Source of the DNA: an uncultured Actinomycetota bacterium
Lineage (GTDB): Bacteria; Actinomycetota; Actinomycetes; Actinomycetales; CAWJMD01
Direction: 5' to 3'
NCBI GenBank assembly: GCA_963700925.1
Contig: OY969553.1
Location: 1,612,459 to 1,676,458 of the forward strand
DNA: 64,000 nucleotides
Shown here: positions 62,205 to 64,000 of the stretch, one piece after another
Numbering within the stretch: the stretch's first letter is position 1
Layout: the number at the start of each line of letters is the position of its first letter
Notes under the pieces: generated by a model
The model's database searches: none
The model's input: only the letters and a program-made list of their open reading frames with translations
What the model was told of the DNA's origin: nothing
Position numbers and translations under genes: made by a program

Positions 62205-63058
62205 GATCCCCGCAGACCGTTCGCGACGAGATCCTGTCGATCACGTTGACCGAGCCGCCGGTTGAGCTCGGCATCACGCACTGGTCCTCACGGCTTCTCG
62301 CGGACCGGTTGCGGCGAGCCGGAAAGCCGGTGTCCCACGCCACGGTGGCGCGGGTGTGGAAGCACTTCGGGATCCAGCCGCACCGCTTCGGGACGTTCAA
62401 GTTCTCCACCGACCCGCAGCTGGAGGCCAAGGTCCGCGACATCGTCGGGCTCTACCTGAACCCGCCCGAGAAGGCCGTTGTGCTGTGCGTGGACGAGAAG
62501 TCCCAGACCCAGGCGCTGGACCGCACCGCCCCCATCCTGCCGCTGCGCCCCGGCCTACCCCAGAGCAGGACTCACGACTACCGCCGGCACGACACCACCA
62601 CCCTGTTCGCCGCCCTGGAGGTGGCCACCGGCAAGGTCACCGACGCCTGCTTCGACCGGCACCGCCACCAAGAGTTCCTGCGGTTCCTCAAACAGGTCGC
62701 CAAGGCCTACCCCCGCCAACCGCTGCACGTCGTGGCGGACAACTACGCCGCCCACAAGCACCCCGCCGTCAAGGCCTGGCTGGTCAAGAACCCGCGCATC
62801 ACCATGCACTTCACCCCGACCTCCGGCTCCTGGATGAACCTGGTCGAGGTCTTCTTCGGCATCCTCACCCGACAACCGATCCGCCGCGGCACCTTCACCA
62901 GCGTCACCGACCTCGAAACCGCGATCGGCACCTGCATCGACGCCTGGAACGAACGCTGCGAACCCTTCCGCTGGGTCAAAGACGCCGACACCATCCTCGC
63001 CAAGGCCGTCCACCCCAATGACCGCAACACCAACACCACGTCAGTTACACGCCACTAG
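62198..63058 (+). mobile_element. IS630-family transposase remnant, 5'-truncated (N-terminal HTH region missing)
   Basis: Track ORF 62246..63058; homology extends upstream to about 62198 (RPRSPQTVRDEILSITLTEPPVELGITHWSSRLLA). DDE triad context: VLCVDEKSQTQALDR, HVVADNYAAHKH, and 35 residues later WMNLVEVFFG. Confidence 0.8.
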
Positions 63059-64000
63059 GTGCCGTTAGGGGAGAGATCTACGACCTTCTCGAGCCTCACT
63101 AGCTTGAAGTTCTGCTCACCCGAATTACCCGGTGCCGCGTTGTTGTTGTCCTGGCACACGAACAGGCCCTGGGGGAACGCCGGACCGAGGTCGCCGGCGT
63201 AGGCGGCGATTCCATCCGTGCGCGAGCAACCGTCGGTCACTTCGCCCGTCACGACCTGAAACGCGCCGACGAACTTGTTGCCGCTGGCGCGGCTGTAGAC
63301 GAGGTAGTAGTTCTGCTGGGGCTTCTCGACGTTCTGCGCGGAGACCACGACGTATCCGCTGACGCCCCCGAGATCCACCAGGGTCACGCCCTCGGCATCG
63401 GACGCGATGCGCCCCTGAGGCTGCACCTCGTCGACGAGGGTACGGGTCTCTCCACTCGCGGGCTCGGCTCCGTACCGCCAGAGGCCGACGTCTTCCTCGG
63501 AGATATACAGCGCCCCGGTGGAGTCGTCCGCTGCGCAGCCCTCACTTTCCGAGCCGACGAGGAACTCCCGCGTCCGGGTCGCCTCGAGCACCCCGTCGCG
63601 GTCGCCGTCGGAGAGCTCGAACTGCCGCACCCGACCGGAGCGGGTCACCATGAAGGCGGAGACCTTGCCAGTGACCTCGCTCTCGTACAGGCATACCCCT
63701 TCTCCCCCACCGGTGGCGATACGCGCTTCGTCCTGCGGCCGCAGCATCCGCGTAGAAGGGTTCACGTCGAACAACTGCAGACCTGAGTTGGCAGCAGCCA
63801 CCACATCGCGCTCGACGCCGCCGATCGTGACCCCCTGACGCACGTCGGAATTGCCCCAGAAGCTTGCCCCGCTGGTTAGTCGCTGCTGCCGACTGCCGTC
63901 GAAGTTGTACGTCTCCAGCGCGCCGCGCTTGTCGTTGCCGATCACCAGCGAGAGTGCGGGGTCGGTGGGGTGAACCCAGATCGAGGGGTCGTCTGCAGAG
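63055..64000 (-). CDS. 3-phytase (beta-propeller phytase), 5' end beyond the window (partial)
   Basis: Track ORF 63055..63945 is open further upstream (..DDPSIWVHPTDPALSLVIGNDK). It matches Bacillus PhyC-type phytase as I remember it: GCAADDSTGALYISEEDVGLWRYGAEP, DAEGVTLV, TDGCSRTDGIAAY, GLFVCQDN, QNFKLV. Confidence 0.85.
   Translation of the reverse strand, partial: SADDPSIWVHPTDPALSLVIGNDKRGALETYNFDGSRQQRLTSGASFWGNSDVRQGVTIGGVERDVVAAANSGLQLFDVNPSTRMLRPQDEARIATGGGEGVCLYESEVTGKVSAFMVTRSGRVRQFELSDGDRDGVLEATRTREFLVGSESEGCAADDSTGALYISEEDVGLWRYGAEPASGETRTLVDEVQPQGRIASDAEGVTLVDLGGVSGYVVVSAQNVEKPQQNYYLVYSRASGNKFVGAFQVVTGEVTDGCSRTDGIAAYAGDLGPAFPQGLFVCQDNNNAAPGNSGEQNFKLVRLEKVVDLSPNGT

Noticed and set aside
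1-64000. CRISPR arrays, rRNA genes
   Set aside because: I saw no short regularly spaced direct repeats and no rRNA-like sequence anywhere in the window.

Overview
64-kb window of a high-GC, Actinomycetota-like chromosome. Coding is dense, ATGA/GTGA start-stop overlaps are frequent, and there are many long Arg/Pro/Gly-rich antisense shadow ORFs, which I reject. Left to right: (1) A secreted PKD tandem-repeat protein that runs off the left edge and is missing from the ORF track, followed by a PQQ sugar dehydrogenase + alditol-oxidase pair. (2) The most unusual locus: a tightly coupled minus-strand operon (14546->6416, perhaps to 5831). It encodes a helical protein with a C-terminal 2-TM anchor, an HExxH...ExxAD (M48/M56-like) metallopeptidase-like protein, its paralogue with a degenerate motif (HEVGL), a 1222-aa all-TPR protein and a winged-helix-like protein. 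I cannot match it to any named system. (3) Mixed accessory genes: GNATs, a SemiSWEET-like protein, a flavin monooxygenase, a LuxR regulator and DUF998. Then a SAM-IV riboswitch in front of a class-V PLP enzyme + ICMT-like methyltransferase, HAD/ROK genes, a bacterial topoisomerase IB, an ABC-2 exporter with divergent HK/RR plus a coupled HEPN-like gene, a SARP-ATPase-TPR regulator, a BBE-type oxidase, an NmrA-like protein and a frameshifted aldo-keto reductase. (4) A tRNA-Glu/Asp/Phe cluster. tRNA-Phe is followed by a degenerate integrative islet bounded by a perfect 63-bp direct repeat, and decayed integrase fragments in inverted orientation flank an LAL-type regulator. (5) A complete inositol catabolic island (iolG, iolC, aldolase, iolB, iolD, iolA, iolE, ABC importer, extra dehydrogenases/isomerases, LacI and GntR regulators). 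It also holds a triple-frameshifted pseudogene, an IS630 remnant fused head-to-head to a truncated hydrolase, and a beta-propeller phytase running off the right edge. I saw no CRISPR array and no rRNA. All family assignments come from motif recognition by eye; no searches were run.
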